Shown piece by piece: positions 11,186 through 25,117 of a stretch of DNA of 37,182 nucleotides. This DNA comes from Octopus bimaculoides. Taxonomy: Eukaryota. Every line of letters begins with the position of its first letter. The first letter of the stretch is position 1. The notes beneath the pieces are model-generated. The model saw nothing but the letters and a program-made list of their open reading frames with translations, searched no databases and was not told the DNA's origin. The stretch spans positions 161,512,661 through 161,549,842 of the forward strand of contig NC_068983.1 in NCBI RefSeq assembly GCF_001194135.2. Reading direction: 5' to 3'. A program made the translations under genes and the position numbers.

Positions 11186-12780
11186 GTAAAGGCGGTGCAC
11201 CAGCATGACCTCAGCGTCAGTTGTTCGTATATCCGAAAAAGAAGCACATTAGAGCAGTGACATTAGAACAGTAATATATATATATCTTAGGAAGTTGATC
11301 GTTATGGCCGGTCAGTGAGTGACCCTTGGTTTCACTCCTATAAAACGCTTAACTGTATAGGTGACTTGTGAGACTGAGTCACCTATACGGCTTAGCAACA
11401 AGCAAATGTCTTTATCAAACATATATCCTTCGGTTAATAAAAATGACAAAATACACACATTTTAATAGGATGATCTTGATATATACCTTCAAGCAAAATC
11501 CAGAAAACTCCAGAAAAAAATCCGACAAAATCAAAAGCATTCATCTAAAAAACCTAAGATCTCAAAAATTAATTCCACTCTGCATCGTCTTCAATTATTT
11601 AAACCAAGAAACCTGCATCCGTTTCCGGCACATATCGTTCTAGTTACCGTCTACACCAGCAAAGTTTTCGATTCCGCTGTGCGTTATCCACAAAATAGCC
11701 AACAACTTCCTAAGAAAGAACACCAATCTATAGATAATAATTAGAATGATGTATGGAGGGAACTTGTGCAGATTTATTGTTGTAACATCTTGGATTTTGG
11801 AAGTTATATTCAGAATCTATAATTTCCCTCACCTTGAGCCATAGAAAATTATTTTATTATCTATTTTTTAAAAACTATATAACTTATCTACGCCCGCTGC
11901 TAATCTATGTACGCTGAAGTTGTGTCTGGAAAGGCCCTAGTGCATGGCTTTTCTCGGAGACTTACAACGTAGAAGTGTTACAGGGCTGATTAAGTCAGCC
12001 TTGTCCGCACCTCTACAAAACAAACAGTTTCATACGTAGGCGATATTATAGTTAGTTTTCCCAGTATTTTCTAGGAGCAGTAACACATCTACTTTAACCT
12101 CTCCATCTACCGAGAAATACGATTTGAAAGAGACAGATTAAAAGAAGCACCTCCAAATCTACCAGCTTTCCACGAGTCAACAGAGAGCTTCTGCATGGTC
12201 GTTCGAATATGTCATTACTTGACCTACAACCTATATGCTTTAAGTTTGCTCGATCAAGGGTTAAGCTAAGGAAAACAAGAACAACAAAATGAACTCATTA
12301 TTTTGGGGAAGTCTGAATAGGCTATGAATACTTCCCCTTCTCATCTAACTAAATAAAATTAAAATTTGAAGGATAATCAATTTCTGAAAAGCTGTCGTAC
12401 ATTTATTGAGAGATGCTTTTTCCATACAAAAACACACTTAAGAATATTACTAAGGATGTTGTGCTGAGGAGAACCTATATGAGTTAATTGCTATGCAGTT
12501 GTTTGACGTACTAGAAATAACAGCCAAACCACAAATTACACGTCATTGTCTTTAAAATGGAAGCTACATTGGATAATGTCGTCCGAAATATACTATTTGA
12601 AGAAAACCGAATGACCATAACTATATCTGCTGGACCGGAGCTGACCTGGGAGTAAATTCCATAATCATCAAGCGATGCCTTATTCACACAGCCATGTCGA
12701 AGATTAAGACTTTCAAAAGAAGGACAATACGTACAATATCTGAAAAACATGAGGCATGGTCAAATGAGAAATTTCATGTT

Positions 12781-13117
12781 AGGGGTGACCCCTTCGGTCA
12801 TGAATAACCATGGGATTGCTCCCAGAAAGTTGCCCTCCAAGGTACAAGTCTTGGCAAATTTGTTTGTGGAACACTAGGAGTCAACCATGCATATCACTCC
12901 CCTCTCTCCACACCAGTGATGTTGCCCAAGGGAAAGGCAAAGGACGATAGAGCTTAGCACCAGTGATGTCGCAACTCATTTCTACAGCTGAGTGAACTGG
13001 ATCAACGTGAAATAAAGCGTCTTGCTCAAGAGCACAAAACACAATCCGGTCTGGGAATCGGACTCACTACCCCTGATCGTGAGGCCGACGCCCTAACCAC
13101 TGAGCTATATGTCTTCA
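12781..13117 (-). mobile_element. tRNA-derived CORE-SINE
   Basis: Head TAGCTCAGTGGTTAGGGCGTCGGCC...GAGTCCGATTCCC; CORE-like TTGAGCAAGACGCTTTATTTCACGTTGATCCAGTTCACTCAGCTGTAGAAATGAG; homologous to 21991-22253. Confidence 0.8.
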
Positions 13118-14034
13118 CATTCTTTTGAGACCTATTGGTCCGAAAATAATATTTAATCAATGTAGTTTCTGCAGTACATATATTGATTTCATAAAAAGCA
13201 ATGACACTATACAACCAGAACATATCTTTTTTAAAAAATGAGAGCTTGCTAGGCTTTAATCCAATCATCATATTTCCGATATTATAAATGATCCATAAAT
13301 ATGTTCATACTTTTACATCGGATACCATAAGACCCATATCACTTCATTTTAAGATGTGCAGTATGTCCTCACCAAGGTCGAGGTTTGGTATATCTGAAAC
13401 ATTCTGTGGGTCGTAGGCCATCGTTTGGTCAGTTAAATTACATGTCATAGTTCTGTTTACTCCGAGATAACCATGGGCTATACAACAACAAAAACAACAA
13501 TGGTCTATCAATCATCAGCTGGCAACCCCTACCATTTGCCTTCATTGTTTAATTACTTGCTGTTGGGCAACTTTTATGCGTTTCTTTTCATTTTTGTTAT
13601 TCACCTTGTTTATCCTCTGTCAATTACAAACTGCTCAATACAATGCTGATTCGCTATTTGTTAAAGAGAACATGTATACTCCAACGTCACAGAGCATTAT
13701 TATACTTGTTACATGGGTCTTAATTGAATTTTAGATTCGTTGGTGAACTGTTTGCATGTTGCTATTTTTATATAGCTGCAAAAGAAGACTTCCATTTACT
13801 TCTCTGTTGACTTCCATCTACTTCTCTGTTGAGTTCACTTAGTGGTCTATTATTTTGTCTCTCTATCTCCTCATGGGTTAATACCTTTCAGCAATCTTGA
13901 ATCATTTTCTCGCTATGTACGAAATGCACTCGGCTGATGTCATTTGTATCGCTATCCGGGCTTCCCAAGAAATCTCGTTTCCTCACATTACGAATTTTTC
14001 TTTTGTAGTGTAAACATTAAGTGTCAGCCGTATA

Positions 14035-14165
14035 CATTTTATTGGAGAGAGAGAGAGAGAGAGGGGGGAGCGAGAGAGAGAGAGAGAGAGGGGGGGAGCG
14101 AGAGAGAGAGAGACAGAGGCAGACAGACAGACAGACAGACAGACAGGCAGACAGACAGACAGAGG

Positions 14166-14246
<81 letters not shown>

Positions 14247-14538
14247 TATCTATATATGTACACACATATATTTAGACACATACATGCATACATACATACG
14301 TACCATACATACATACATACATACATACATATACATATATATATATATTGTGTTTGTGTGTGTGTGCGTGTGCGCGTGCGTGCATGTGTGTGTAGTAGTA
14401 GTAGTAATAGTAGTAGTAGTAGCAGTAGTAGTAGTAGTAGTAGTAGATTTCCAAATGGAAAAGTAAATAGTGAGCTCTTGGGCGATGTGCGCAACCGTTG
14501 TATGTTTAGTTATGTGTTGTTACTTGTCATTTTATTGG
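14035..14538. repeat. Rearranged copy of 1203-1660 flanked by an 11-bp direct repeat
   Basis: CATTTTATTGG at 14035-14045 and 14528-14538; 14243-14304 matches 1361-1420 directly; 14443-14528 is the reverse complement of 1525-1610 with 1 mismatch in 86. Confidence 0.9.
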
Positions 14539-15049
14539 TTAATTTAAGACATACAAGTTATTTTGGTGAGTTACAGATCAAACTTTTGATACCAACTGGC
14601 CTAGAATTATTTGTGGTTGAATATTACAAACTTTCTATTTCAAAGTAAACTAAACTTCCATCACAATTTCGTGATTTTATTTATATCCCAAACACAAGTT
14701 TAGTAATGACAAAGTTAATTTATTAAATTTTTCTTTATTTCCAAAATTATTTGAAACAAAGGTAGTGTGTTTCGACAGAAATGTTTTAACGAAAAGGGAT
14801 AAGGCTAGATTACAGAGTAAGGATAATAATTCTGGACTGCGAAATTCACTAATCGCCTGCAATTGTAAGTTAAATTAGCAAAACTCGTACATTTATACTC
14901 GTACACTTTGAAATTAACATCTATCGCAGATACAGTTATAGTGCTATCAACATTTCCTTGCTATCAATTCCTCGATCATTTATTTTCCATGTGACTGCCA
15001 TTCATTGAATTTACGCAGAGATTCCATTGGATGTTGTACTTTGGCAACA

Positions 15050-16000
15050 TTTTGGAGAATGATTTGAACGTATTACAATCTGCTTGTTTTCTAGTTTAAG
15101 CTATTTCCTTGAAGATCTTTATGGGAAATGGTCTCAGATTTTAATTTGAGACCAATCCCCGTAAATCAATTGCTGTTAAGGATAAGATGAACCAGAAGAG
15201 AATGTCTGAGAAAATATTTGTGATGGTTCTGAATTTGTTCGTGAATTTATGTGCTTTCGTGGGCTACACATTCATCCACATATCATGTTATTTGGTGATC
15301 AAGTAAGCTAGAGACTGCGTGAATGACTATAAGCCCTTTTCAAGAGAATATTACAAACAATTTTTGCCCTGCTGTAGAAAAGCACAAGACCGGCTGTAAT
15401 AGCTAACTGTGAGGAGTATTACCTGAAAACTTAGTAGCAACTCATAAAAGCAATTGATGGAAGGATTAATCTGAATTTAGAGACTTCTGGTAAGAGATGT
15501 TCATTATTGTAGATGCAATGGATAACATAGCCGTTTAATGAGATGCTACTAACGGTGTTTGGAAAACTATTTGGCTAGACTGTATTCGTGAGTTTACAGA
15601 TTTTCAATCAGCTGAAAGTCAACATTAATCCAGTAAGACATTGGGAAACTTGAGACACTGGCAAATGGTGAAGTCGTAGAAGATTTCATCGTTAAGTTAC
15701 ATGAGTTTCTTAAAGCTTGTCAATGAGGAGCTTGTTAAAAGAAGAGCAAGTTGCAACGAAAGATGTACATATTCAAGTGACACTCACTTCACTTCAGTTG
15801 ATTGCTAAAAATTTAACTAACGCGTTGGCACTTATGTTGGAAGTTTGTGCTTGTCTTTTGCTGATGACGATCCTAATTAGTTACTTATAAAGTTGAAAAA
15901 AGTTCATAATGAGCTCAGTTCTGACGTTGATTTGTATAAAAAGATGGAGTTCCGTACACATAAAACAATTGGGATTAGTTCTTCACCTGTAGTTCTACAG
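15050..16000 (+). mobile_element. Highly degraded Tigger-like transposase remnant
   Basis: NGVWKTIWLDCIREFTDF at 15551-15604 and an LSNEELV-like stretch near 15718 resemble the TIGD1-type C-terminal region; boundaries approximate. Confidence 0.5.
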
Positions 16001-16515
16001 AGCAGAAGATAGTGACTCTCTTCTTTATTAGAAATTAATATTAGCATAAACTTATTGTTTTCCGGTCACGTAGCGGTGATTTGTTAAATTTGGATGTAGG
16101 TATTTTGAAGTTGCTATCAGTAATTTTTTTCCCATTTTCTACTCAAAAGATTAATTTTTTCTTTCACAGTATCCTCAGTTGGTAGCTTTAAGGTGAATTA
16201 TGTAATAAAATGAAAGCATTATTTTACCAGGTGTGAATGTATTTACCAACACTTGAGTGATTTATATCTGGAATTTGTCGTATCATTTCTCAAGTCAAGA
16301 ACAAAAACTGGATTCGATTTATGAGAACCTCTATGTAGTCGCTAGATCTGTTAGAAATAATAAATAAATCACAGCATAATGAAGGGACGTCCTGGATAAT
16401 GTAGCATATATANNNNNNNNNNNNNNNNNNNNNNNNNNNNNNNNNNNNNNNNNNNNNNNNNNNNNNNNNNNNNNNNNNNNNNNNNNNNNNNNNNNNNNNN
16501 NNNNNNNNNNNNNTG

Positions 16516-16567
<52 letters not shown>

Positions 16568-16570
<3 letters not shown>

Positions 16571-17633
16571 AAGAACGACCGTGCGGACTCAAAAAGGAGA
16601 AATGGTGACGAATGGAAAAACAGGACTCCTTTTATTTAGAACGCGTCACACGGTCGAACACAAAATATATATCAAAGAGGATATACATATATGTTATACT
16701 CCGATAACATAATTGGCCAGTAATTAAAGACGATTTTGAACACAACCGTATGAGATGAATAACAGAATTATTTATTGTGGCGTTAGAATGTATGTATGTG
16801 TGTGAGTGTGAATGCGACATATAAAAACATAATAAAAGACAGGCCGTCGTATAAGGAAAAGAGTGTGTGTGAGTGATACATGTATGTGTATGCGTTATAT
16901 ACAGCAGATAAAAAAGAGTCAGTAACACGTGTGAGCATTTATACCAGTTCTTAGAGTACACAATAGGAATAGTCTGTATGTGAAAGAAGTTGAGGCGTAT
17001 GTGTGGCAGGGCGATCACTAGTTGTGATGTTGTGGCTTCCATGCCGGGCCGGGTTCTTGAGGACAGACGTTTATCGCAGGCTGAACTCTTGTTCTGTTTA
17101 TTTATCGTGGTGAAGCTGAAACACCAAACAGAATCGAAGAGAGAATATGTGCCGCAGTAGTTTGGTTAGTTTATCGTGGTGTACGTAGAAAGTCGTGTTG
17201 ACTATGGTCGGCGATGATGCTGGTTAGTAGTCGTAGACTCGTGTTGCTGATGGCGACGACGGTGGTAGTCGTAGTTGGACGAAGCTGTTGATGTTGTCGC
17301 TGGCTGCTGCTGCCGCTGATCTGTGTGGTACACGGAACAGGTCTCTAAGAGATCTGAACCGAGACGAATTAGCTGGGTATAATTTGGTCTATTTAAAGCA
17401 AAATAGGGGCTCCCAGACCATAGTAGAAAAACACTATCACGTGACCTTATTAGGAGCTGTGATTGGTCAGTTTGCGTTCTGGCGGGAACGGTTCGAAGAA
17501 GTTGCCGCTTCGAATAATAATCAGTCACGTGATGACAGGCAAATGTGTTTTCCACTACGCCCGTGCTTGTTTATATTTAATAGCGGGGAAGATGGCTTCT
17601 TTGTGTATAATGGCGATCGGTAGTTTCACTACA
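16568..17633 (-). mobile_element. Solo LTR (1066 bp), same family as 4382-5653
   Basis: TGTAAG...CACTACA termini; colinear with the first copy; no clean TSD (TGTG versus TATC, microsatellite flanks). Confidence 0.85.
17434..17537 (-). promoter_or_regulatory. LTR U3-like module: two TCACGTGA E-boxes in inverted arrangement around a CCAAT box (also 5442-5545)
   Basis: ATCACGTGAC...TGATTGGTC...GTCACGTGAT; 100 of 104 nt identical between the two LTRs. Confidence 0.55.
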
Positions 17634-18375
17634 TATCTATATATATTACGGGAGCGAACGAAGTAAACTTTGCATAGCAGAGCAGGCAAGAATCTTTTAA
17701 GACTTGCTTGACCCTGGGATCCTTTTAAACTCCAGAAGAGAGATCTATAGCCCTTGTCTGCATTTCAAACGCTACCTGCAGCAGGCGTGGGATTTCCCGC
17801 TCATTGATTTGGGTTATAAAAAATAATTGTAGAATGCAACCAACCTAAGGGTGGAGATTCTCATTCATCGATTAAGACCATAAAAATTTGCTGACCAGCC
17901 CGGTAGAAGGGCGATAACCAGTCCTATTTAAGGCTCAGACAATATATAGTTTTTTTTTTTTTGTTTGTTTACAAATTAACTGACCGTAAATGTCTTCTCT
18001 CTCCAGTTTGAAGAGAGGTTATATGTGCGCGCCATCGAAGTCTGAGGTGTCGTCTATAAGGCTAAACCCTTTATGGATGCGGAACTATAGGGCCGGCCAT
18101 ATAATTAACCTCCTGCAAATAGATTACTGCTCTAACTTTTAAAGTTTGCTTCTTTTACGGATATACTAATTTTTCTCTCTCATATCGTCTCTGATAATGG
18201 GTTATTCTTTATATCCATGAAACAGCTATTATAAGACTACCTTTCTCTTTGTAAATGTCCTAGAAATTTCACACTGCCTTGGCTTTGTTGTCTCATTTTA
18301 TCTAACACACACACAGACACACACACACACACACACATACATATATACCTATACACACACACACACACACACACA

Positions 18376-18528
18376 TGGTGGTGTGTTTACGTCCCCGTAA
18401 TCTAGCGGTTCGGCAAAAGAGACCGATAGAATAAGTACTAGGCTTCCAAACAATAAGTCCTGGGGTTGATTTGCTCGACTAAAGGCGGTGCTCCAGCATG
18501 GCCGCAGTCAAATGACTGAAACAAGTAA

Positions 18529-18530
<2 letters not shown>
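18376..18530 (+). mobile_element. 3' half of an abundant octopus-type composite SINE
   Basis: GGTGTGTTTACGTCCCCGTAA...AAAGGCGGTGCTCCAGCATGGCCGCAGTCAAATGACTGAAACAAGTAAAG; homologous copies at 19430, 24906, 29661. Confidence 0.85.
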
Positions 18531-18564
<34 letters not shown>

Positions 18565-19429
18565 TGTGTCTGAAAAACATGCGGCATGGTCAAGTCTAGA
18601 GTGACACTGATCAAAAGATTGCTCGATCTTGACTGATTTGACCACCAACAGCGCTGAATTTAGAGCAGTTCTAATTATACATGTATGATGATTATAATCA
18701 ACACTGTTATATTATTTATCCATTAAAGAAAATGAATACTGCGACAAGATATAAAAACAAGTTACTTTTCAAAATAGTTTAGACCTTGTTATAGCGATGT
18801 GTTAATTGGCAGTTATGTTCGATCTTGGAATCTCAAGAATATACAACTTTCACCATCAGTATAAATGCTGCGATTTGTTATATACATTATGTCTAACTAT
18901 ATTGCGTCAATGTTTTTGAAAGTATAAGTTGAAATGTTACCATTTATCATCTGTCTGTGCGCGTGTGTCTGAAAGTATGTGTGCATATTTATTTTTATAT
19001 GTATATAATATATATAAAAATAATTTAACATTAAACTGAGAGTTATTTGGTACTTTTTTGAAGAGTGCATATTATTTCATTTTTACAAAGGAGAGCTCGA
19101 CAGTGACTTCGGAATTCTGGTTTACCAGTTGTCATCAAACTGTCTGATGATAGCTGGTATACCTGAACTTTTAAGTCACAATCAATCTTTTCTTGGTAAA
19201 ATTTAATATGCATGTGTGTGTTATTGTTGTATAGCTTCACGTCTTCTTTGAATGGATTGGTTTGTGGTCAAAGGCATTCCAGCCATGACCATGTTGTCTT
19301 TTTTACGAAAGGTGACATGAAGGTTATCTGGCTATTATTTCTGACAAGAGCTAGGACAATAAAAAGGTTATTTTTCCACTTCCTAAGCCAAATATAAAAA
19401 TGGGTTCCAATTATTCTAAAGCATTCTTA

Positions 19430-19643
19430 TTATTCCTGTTTCGGTAATTTGACTGCGGCCATGCTGTCGCATCGCCTTAAAGGGGTTTTTAGTCGAAGAA
19501 ATCGCCCTCAGGACTTATTCTTCGTAAGCCTAGTACTTATTCTATCTGTCTCTGATGCTGAACTGGTAGGTTACGGGGACGTAAACACACCAATATCGGT
19601 TGTCAAGCGATGGTGGGGGACAAACACAGTCACAAGTGCGCGT

Positions 19644-19679
<36 letters not shown>

Positions 19680-19851
19680 GACGAGCTTCTTTCAGTTTCC
19701 GTCTTTTAAATCCACTCACAAGGCTTAGGGCGGCCTGAGGCTATAGTAGAAGGCACTTTCTGAAAGTGCCTTCACAGTGCTACACAGTAGGACTGAACCT
19801 GAAACCATGTGAGTGGGAAGCAAGTTTCTTACCACACAGCCACGCCTGCGT
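19430..19851 (-). mobile_element. Full-length composite tRNA/CORE SINE with internal (CA)n
   Basis: Head GCAGGCGTGGCTGTGTGGTAAGAAACTTGC...GGTTCAGTCCTACTG; same 3' half as 18376-18530. Confidence 0.85.
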
Positions 19852-21941
19852 CACACAGATATACACGAACATTTTCTTTCAAATTAATGCCCTGTGCACA
19901 TGAAATCTCGTGCACCATAGGTGTGTTATTGCTGAAATTGTGTAGTCTCTGGTCATCTCTGCCCAGCGACGGAGGACAAACACTTTTGGCGCCACACCTT
20001 AAGTAATAGATATCAGACCAGAGAAAATTTTGCACTCGTTCACACCCGCGCTTCTAGGGCTCTGTTCAAGAAGAGAGATAGCAAAAGGACTAGGTTCGAA
20101 CAACAGGTCTGTCATTTATGAAGTTGCGTGATTCCGAGCTTGCTGTTAATCCACTTTCGAGACTATGGTGGTTGCTGCAGTGGTGGGCAAAGTTGGAATC
20201 AGTCAAAAATCAACAGCTGTTGCTCTTCTACATTTATGATTGGTGATATTGGCCCATGTTACACATACTGTGGTTCTTGCACTAAGAATTAAGTATTAGT
20301 CTTAATATTATTATTATTGTTATTATTATTGATTTCCACCTCCCTTATTTCCTCATTGACATAACAGATTGTATCGATGGCATTTCATATATTTCCATCC
20401 AATCTCTTGCTGTAACCAATGGACGACGATGATATTTATCTGTTGTAATATGACAACCACCAACACGACCATCATCACCATTACTTCTATCAACAAACTC
20501 TCATGATCATCATTAGTGGTAGCAACAACAACAGCAACGATGAAAAAGACTATCATTTCGTTCGCCAAACAAAGGATCTCTTTCTCTCTCACTCTTTCGC
20601 TGTCTCCCTCTCTGTCCCCCTATTTCTCTCCCTCCTTCTGTCTTTCTTTCTCTCTTTCTCTCTCTCTCACTTTCTATCTTTCTCTTTATCTATCTATTTA
20701 TATTTCTATATATCTATCTCTGCCTCTCTCTCTAACACTCGCTCGATCGCTCAATAAACAAATAATCAGCGTTTAATTCCTAATATTTTGACATGTGCTT
20801 TCATGATGGTTATCGGTCAGTGAAAACACAATTGTTTATACTGATTCTGTTCATGTGCCTACATGCATTATATTCATAAATAATTTAATCTATATAGATT
20901 ATAGCCGCTACTATCATACCGGTAGTGTTGAAACAGAATAAACCGATAAAATGACATGGTTTCCTTTTAAGAGAATTTGAAGATGGTGAGACTTTCTCGG
21001 TGTCATTTAATAAATAACATTATTACCCGGATAAAGTTAGACAGGAAACATAGATATTAGGGGAGCAGTTTAGAAGTGAAAAACCTGTTGATAAGAGTGG
21101 AATTTAGAAAAATGTAATGTAAATATGGTTGGATTATGGCTTGAAAATAGATTATAGGATGAAAAATTCATCCTTGATTTAAGAACATTTTTCGATTAAG
21201 GCGATATTGCAGAAATATTGAACAAGTAGAGGTCGATTAGTTCTCGTAAAGAAACATTGATAAAGTCTTTTTTTATCAAATAGTTCCAAGTGCGCGATTT
21301 CTTATCAAGAAGGCGAATTTATATAAACGATATCGTTAAATCGTTCAATAAATAGAATTAGGATTCGCTGCAGTGGTTTGCAAAGAGAAACAATCTGAAA
21401 AGAAAAAGTGGGAAGAAAACGACAACAAATATAGAAGGGAAACTGAAGAAAAGAAATACAGAAGGAAGAAAGATTTTATAGAATGAAACAGGGAAAGAAT
21501 GTGAAAAAAAAAAAAAAAAAAAAGACGAAAGTAATACAAGAAAGACAAGGCAGGGAAACATCAAACGCATATACATACATCATGCAATCACATACATATA
21601 TACAGACACATACACGTATGTATATGTATGATGTTATTTAGCTTTATTTCAAGATTCCATTCCAATAGAGAAGGAACCGGTTTCTAAGTTAGATCCAAGG
21701 CGCCTTCATTGGAATTTCAACATCAACGGGGTATTTTTGTATGTTTGTATGTATGTATGTGTGCAGATTTGTATGTTTTTGCTTTATGCGTGTATTCTTC
21801 AGCATATAGCCGCATATCTAGACATGCTCATATATGCTTAAATGATAAACTTCTCAAAAGTTTTACAGATTTTTACAGCTCCAGTGATGTATGTATGTAT
21901 GTATGTATGTATGTATGTATGTATGTATGTATGTGTGTGTG

Positions 21942-21990
<49 letters not shown>

Positions 21991-21994
<4 letters not shown>

Positions 21995-22253
21995 GGCGCA
22001 TTGCTCAGTAGTTAGAGCGTCGGGCTCACAATCATGAGGCAGTGAGTTCGATTCCCATAACAAGTTGTGTGTTGTGTCCTTGAGCAAGACACTTTATTTC
22101 ACGTTGCTTCAGTTCACTCATCTGTAGAAATGAGTTCGATGTTACTGGTGCCGAGCAGTATCGGCCTTTGCTTTTCCCTGGGATAACATGGAGCGGGGAA
22201 GCTGGTATGCATGGGTGACTGCTGGTCTTCCATAAACATCCTTGCCTGGACCT
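21991..22253 (+). mobile_element. tRNA-derived CORE-SINE between (TG)n and (TACA)n
   Basis: A box TTGCTCAGTAGTTAG, B box GTTCGATTCC, CORE-like CCTTGAGCAAGACACTTTATTTCACGTTGCTTCAGTTCACTCATCTGTAGAAATGAG. Confidence 0.85.
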
Positions 22254-22939
22254 CAAGCACATAAACATACATACATACATACATACATACATACATACAT
22301 ACATACATACATACATACATACATACATACATACATACATACATTTGTTGTTGGCACTCCGTCGCTTGCTCATAGAACAGTGAAAGAAGCAGTAGAAGAG
22401 GCATCAAGCGAAAAAGGAATATTTATGCCATGCGAAGGGTGAAAATCAACAAATTAAGAACCAGAAATCCAGAAATGAATTAATGAAAAATAATGAAGAG
22501 GAACTAAATATATTGATAATTCCACTCAAATGATTCGTTATAATTGATTTTAAAAAATTAGAAATGCTTCATTTATATTTTGATGGAAGATTCTCAGAAA
22601 TCAGCTGTTTACTAGTAAATGAAAAAAAAAAGAAACTTTAAGAAGAAAAATAAAGAGAAAGCAAATATTAGTCTGTTCATTGCTTACCTTTAGCACATCT
22701 CCAACCTCACACCTCACATATAAAACCCTCGTGTCTTGCTCTGACTACTGAAAGGTGTATTTGTTGAACTAATCTCTATGGTAATAAATCACTAACTGTT
22801 TTACTTACCCGCTTCCTCGACCACCGAGTGACATTCGTGAAGTGGAGAAATCGATGGTTTAATTAAAGTGGGGGCAGGAGACTTCATAATATATGCATGA
22901 ATACCTATATAAACATGTATAAGTGTAAGTTTGTATGTG

Positions 22940-23480
22940 TAGATGTGTTAGTGTGTGTGTGTGTGAGTGTGTAGATGTGTGTGTGTGTATGTGTGTGTGT
23001 CTGTGTCTGTGTGTCTGTGTCTGTGCGCAAGCACGCGAGCAGTGTTCGAGAGAGAAATTAAAAAGTAGATAAGACTACGGACTTATACATACATACATAC
23101 ATGCACGTAGATAGATGTGGGTGTGTGTGCGTGTTTGGGTGCCTGCGTGTGCGTGTCTAGGTGCCAGCGTGTGTGTGTGTGTGTGGAAATATATATAGTC
23201 TCCTGCAAAGAAGCAGACATTGGAATGTATTTATATATTGATATACGCAAGCATACGTCTACATAATGAAATACTTGCATACTCGTTCCTAAATTAGTAC
23301 GTATAACAAATTCAAACACACACACACACACACACACATTTCATACGTGCTCACATGCATGCACATACACATACATACATACACAAACATGCGATACATA
23401 CATATATGCATGCATTCATACATACATACATACATACATACATACATACATACATACATACATACATACATACATACATT
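22940..23480. repeat. Compound (TG)n/(CA)n/(TACA)n microsatellites
   Basis: Directly visible. Confidence 0.95.
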
Positions 23481-23695
23481 GTTGTTGTTGTTGTTGGCAC
23501 TCCGTCGCTTACGACGTCGAAGGTTCCAGTTGATTCGATCAACAGAACAGCCTGCTCACGAAATTAATGTGCAAGTGGCTGAGCACTCCACAGACACGTG
23601 TACCCTTAATGTAGTTCTCGGGGATATTCAGCGTGACACAGTGTGACAAGGCTGACCCTTTGAATTACAGGTACAACAGAAACAGGAAGTAAGGA
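23477..23695 (-). mobile_element. 3' portion of an interspersed retroposon ending in (CAA)n
   Basis: (GTT)n-GGCACTCCGTCGCTT end also at 22345-22367; distantly similar to 35112-35270. Confidence 0.6.
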
Positions 23696-24394
23696 NNNNN
23701 NNNNNNNNNNNNNNNNNNNNNNNNNNNNNNNNNNNNNNNNNNNNNNNNNNNNNNNNNNNNNNNNNNNNNNNNNNNNNNNNNNNNNNNNNNNNNNNNNNNN
23801 NNNNNNNNNNNNNNNNNNNNNNNNNNNNNNNNNNNNNNNNNNNNNNNNNNNNNNNNNNNNNNNNNNNNNNNNNNNNNNNNNNNNNNNNNNNNNNNNNNNN
23901 NNNNNNNNNNNNNNNNNNNNNNNNNNNNNNNNNNNNNNNNNNNNNNNNNNNNNNNNNNNNNNNNNNNNNNNNNNNNNNNNNNNNNNNNNNNNNNNNNNNN
24001 NNNNNNNNNNNNNNNNNNNNNNNNNNNNNNNNNNNNNNNNNNNNNNNNNNNNNNNNNNNNNNNNNNNNNNNNNNNNNNNNNNNNNNNNNNNNNNNNNNNN
24101 NNNNNNNNNNNNNNNNNNNNNNNNNNNNNNNNNNNNNNNNNNNNNNNNNNNNNNNNNNNNNNNNNNNNNNNNNNNNNNNNNNNNNNNNNNNNNNNNNNNN
24201 NNNNNNNNNNNNNNNNNNNNNNNNNNNNNNNNNNNNNNNNNNNNNNNNNNNNNNNNNNNNNNNNNNNNNNNNNNNNNNNNNNNNNNNNNNNNNNNNNNNN
24301 NNNNNNNNNNNNNNNNNNNNNNNNNNNNNNNNNNNNNNNNNNNNNNNNNNNNNNNNNNNNNNNTACTCCTTTGGCTGATTAAGCCATAGCTTCG

Positions 24395-24746
24395 TTTTAT
24401 TTGCTATTTTCATTTTAAATTTGCTTTTTTTTTTCTTCGTTTTATTTGCTTTTTTCTTTTTAAATTTGCTGTTTTACCCTAACCCTAACCCTAACCCTGA
24501 CCCTAACCCTATCACCGATAGAATTGTTTCAGAATCGGCATTTAATGTATATCGGCTGAATGGACGTCAGTGATTGGTTGAAATTACAGAAATACGACAA
24601 CTTTAACATGGAATAACTTATGGATTTCTTTTTTTTTTTAAGAAGACTAAGAGAAAAAGATGTTTTATATGACACATTCTACCAGTGTTCCAAGTTTCAA
24701 AGTGTTTCTTTAATGAAAAATGTGGCCCCCGTTTTAAAAAAGATCC
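24395..24746. mobile_element. Right part of a second copy of the 3068-3686 MITE family, with internal (TAACCC)n
   Basis: 24555-24746 aligns with 3485-3686 and ends GGCCCCCGTTTTAAAAAAGATCC; (AACCCT)n at 24475-24511; left boundary uncertain. Confidence 0.85.
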
Positions 24747-24905
24747 AATTTCCTGATGCTTTTGTAAGAATTTCCAAATGCTTTTCTCAGTCATTAAGAT
24801 AGTGCTTTCTGTGGCTATTGAGTTGTTTTGACTCTTATTTCTAGCAATACCGGTGCTGATTAGTGCGTATGTCACTTTCGTGACGTCTGTATATATTATT
24901 TTATT

Positions 24906-25117
24906 ATTTTACTTGTTTCAGTCATTTGACGACAACCATGCTGCAGCACCGCTTTAAAGGGTTTTAGTCGAAGAAATCGACCATAGGATTTATTCTTTGT
25001 AAACCTAGTATTTATTCTATTGGTTTCTTTTGCCGAACCGCTAAGTTACAGTGACATAAACACACCAGCATCGGGTGTAAAGCGATGGCGGGGGATGGGG
25101 AGCACAGACTCATACAC
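24906..25117 (-). mobile_element. 3' half of the composite SINE
   Basis: Reverse complement of the 18376-18530 sequence. Confidence 0.85.

Noticed and set aside
11160-11215. Resemblance to a U2 snRNA 3' end (possible Tx1 target site)
   Set aside because: Only a few bases match; AAAGGCGGTGCACCAGCATG is the common SINE 3' segment
12511-12750. 79-aa minus-strand ORF with a good splice acceptor
   Set aside because: Part overlaps an interspersed repeat also seen near 16335-16410 and 2283-2410; no recognisable protein
15640-15670. Short similarity to the MITE arm (GAAACTTGAGACACTGG)
   Set aside because: Under 25 bp, no TIR, and lies within a degraded Tigger remnant
1203-17633. Possible 12-13 kb segmental duplication (microsatellite block and LTR both recur at similar spacing)
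   Set aside because: LTR flanks differ, the first LTR has its own TSD, the 14-kb copy has its own TSD, and the intervening DNA is not homologous
24475-24511. Telomere or chromosome-fusion scar
   Set aside because: Only about 6 units and internal to a MITE
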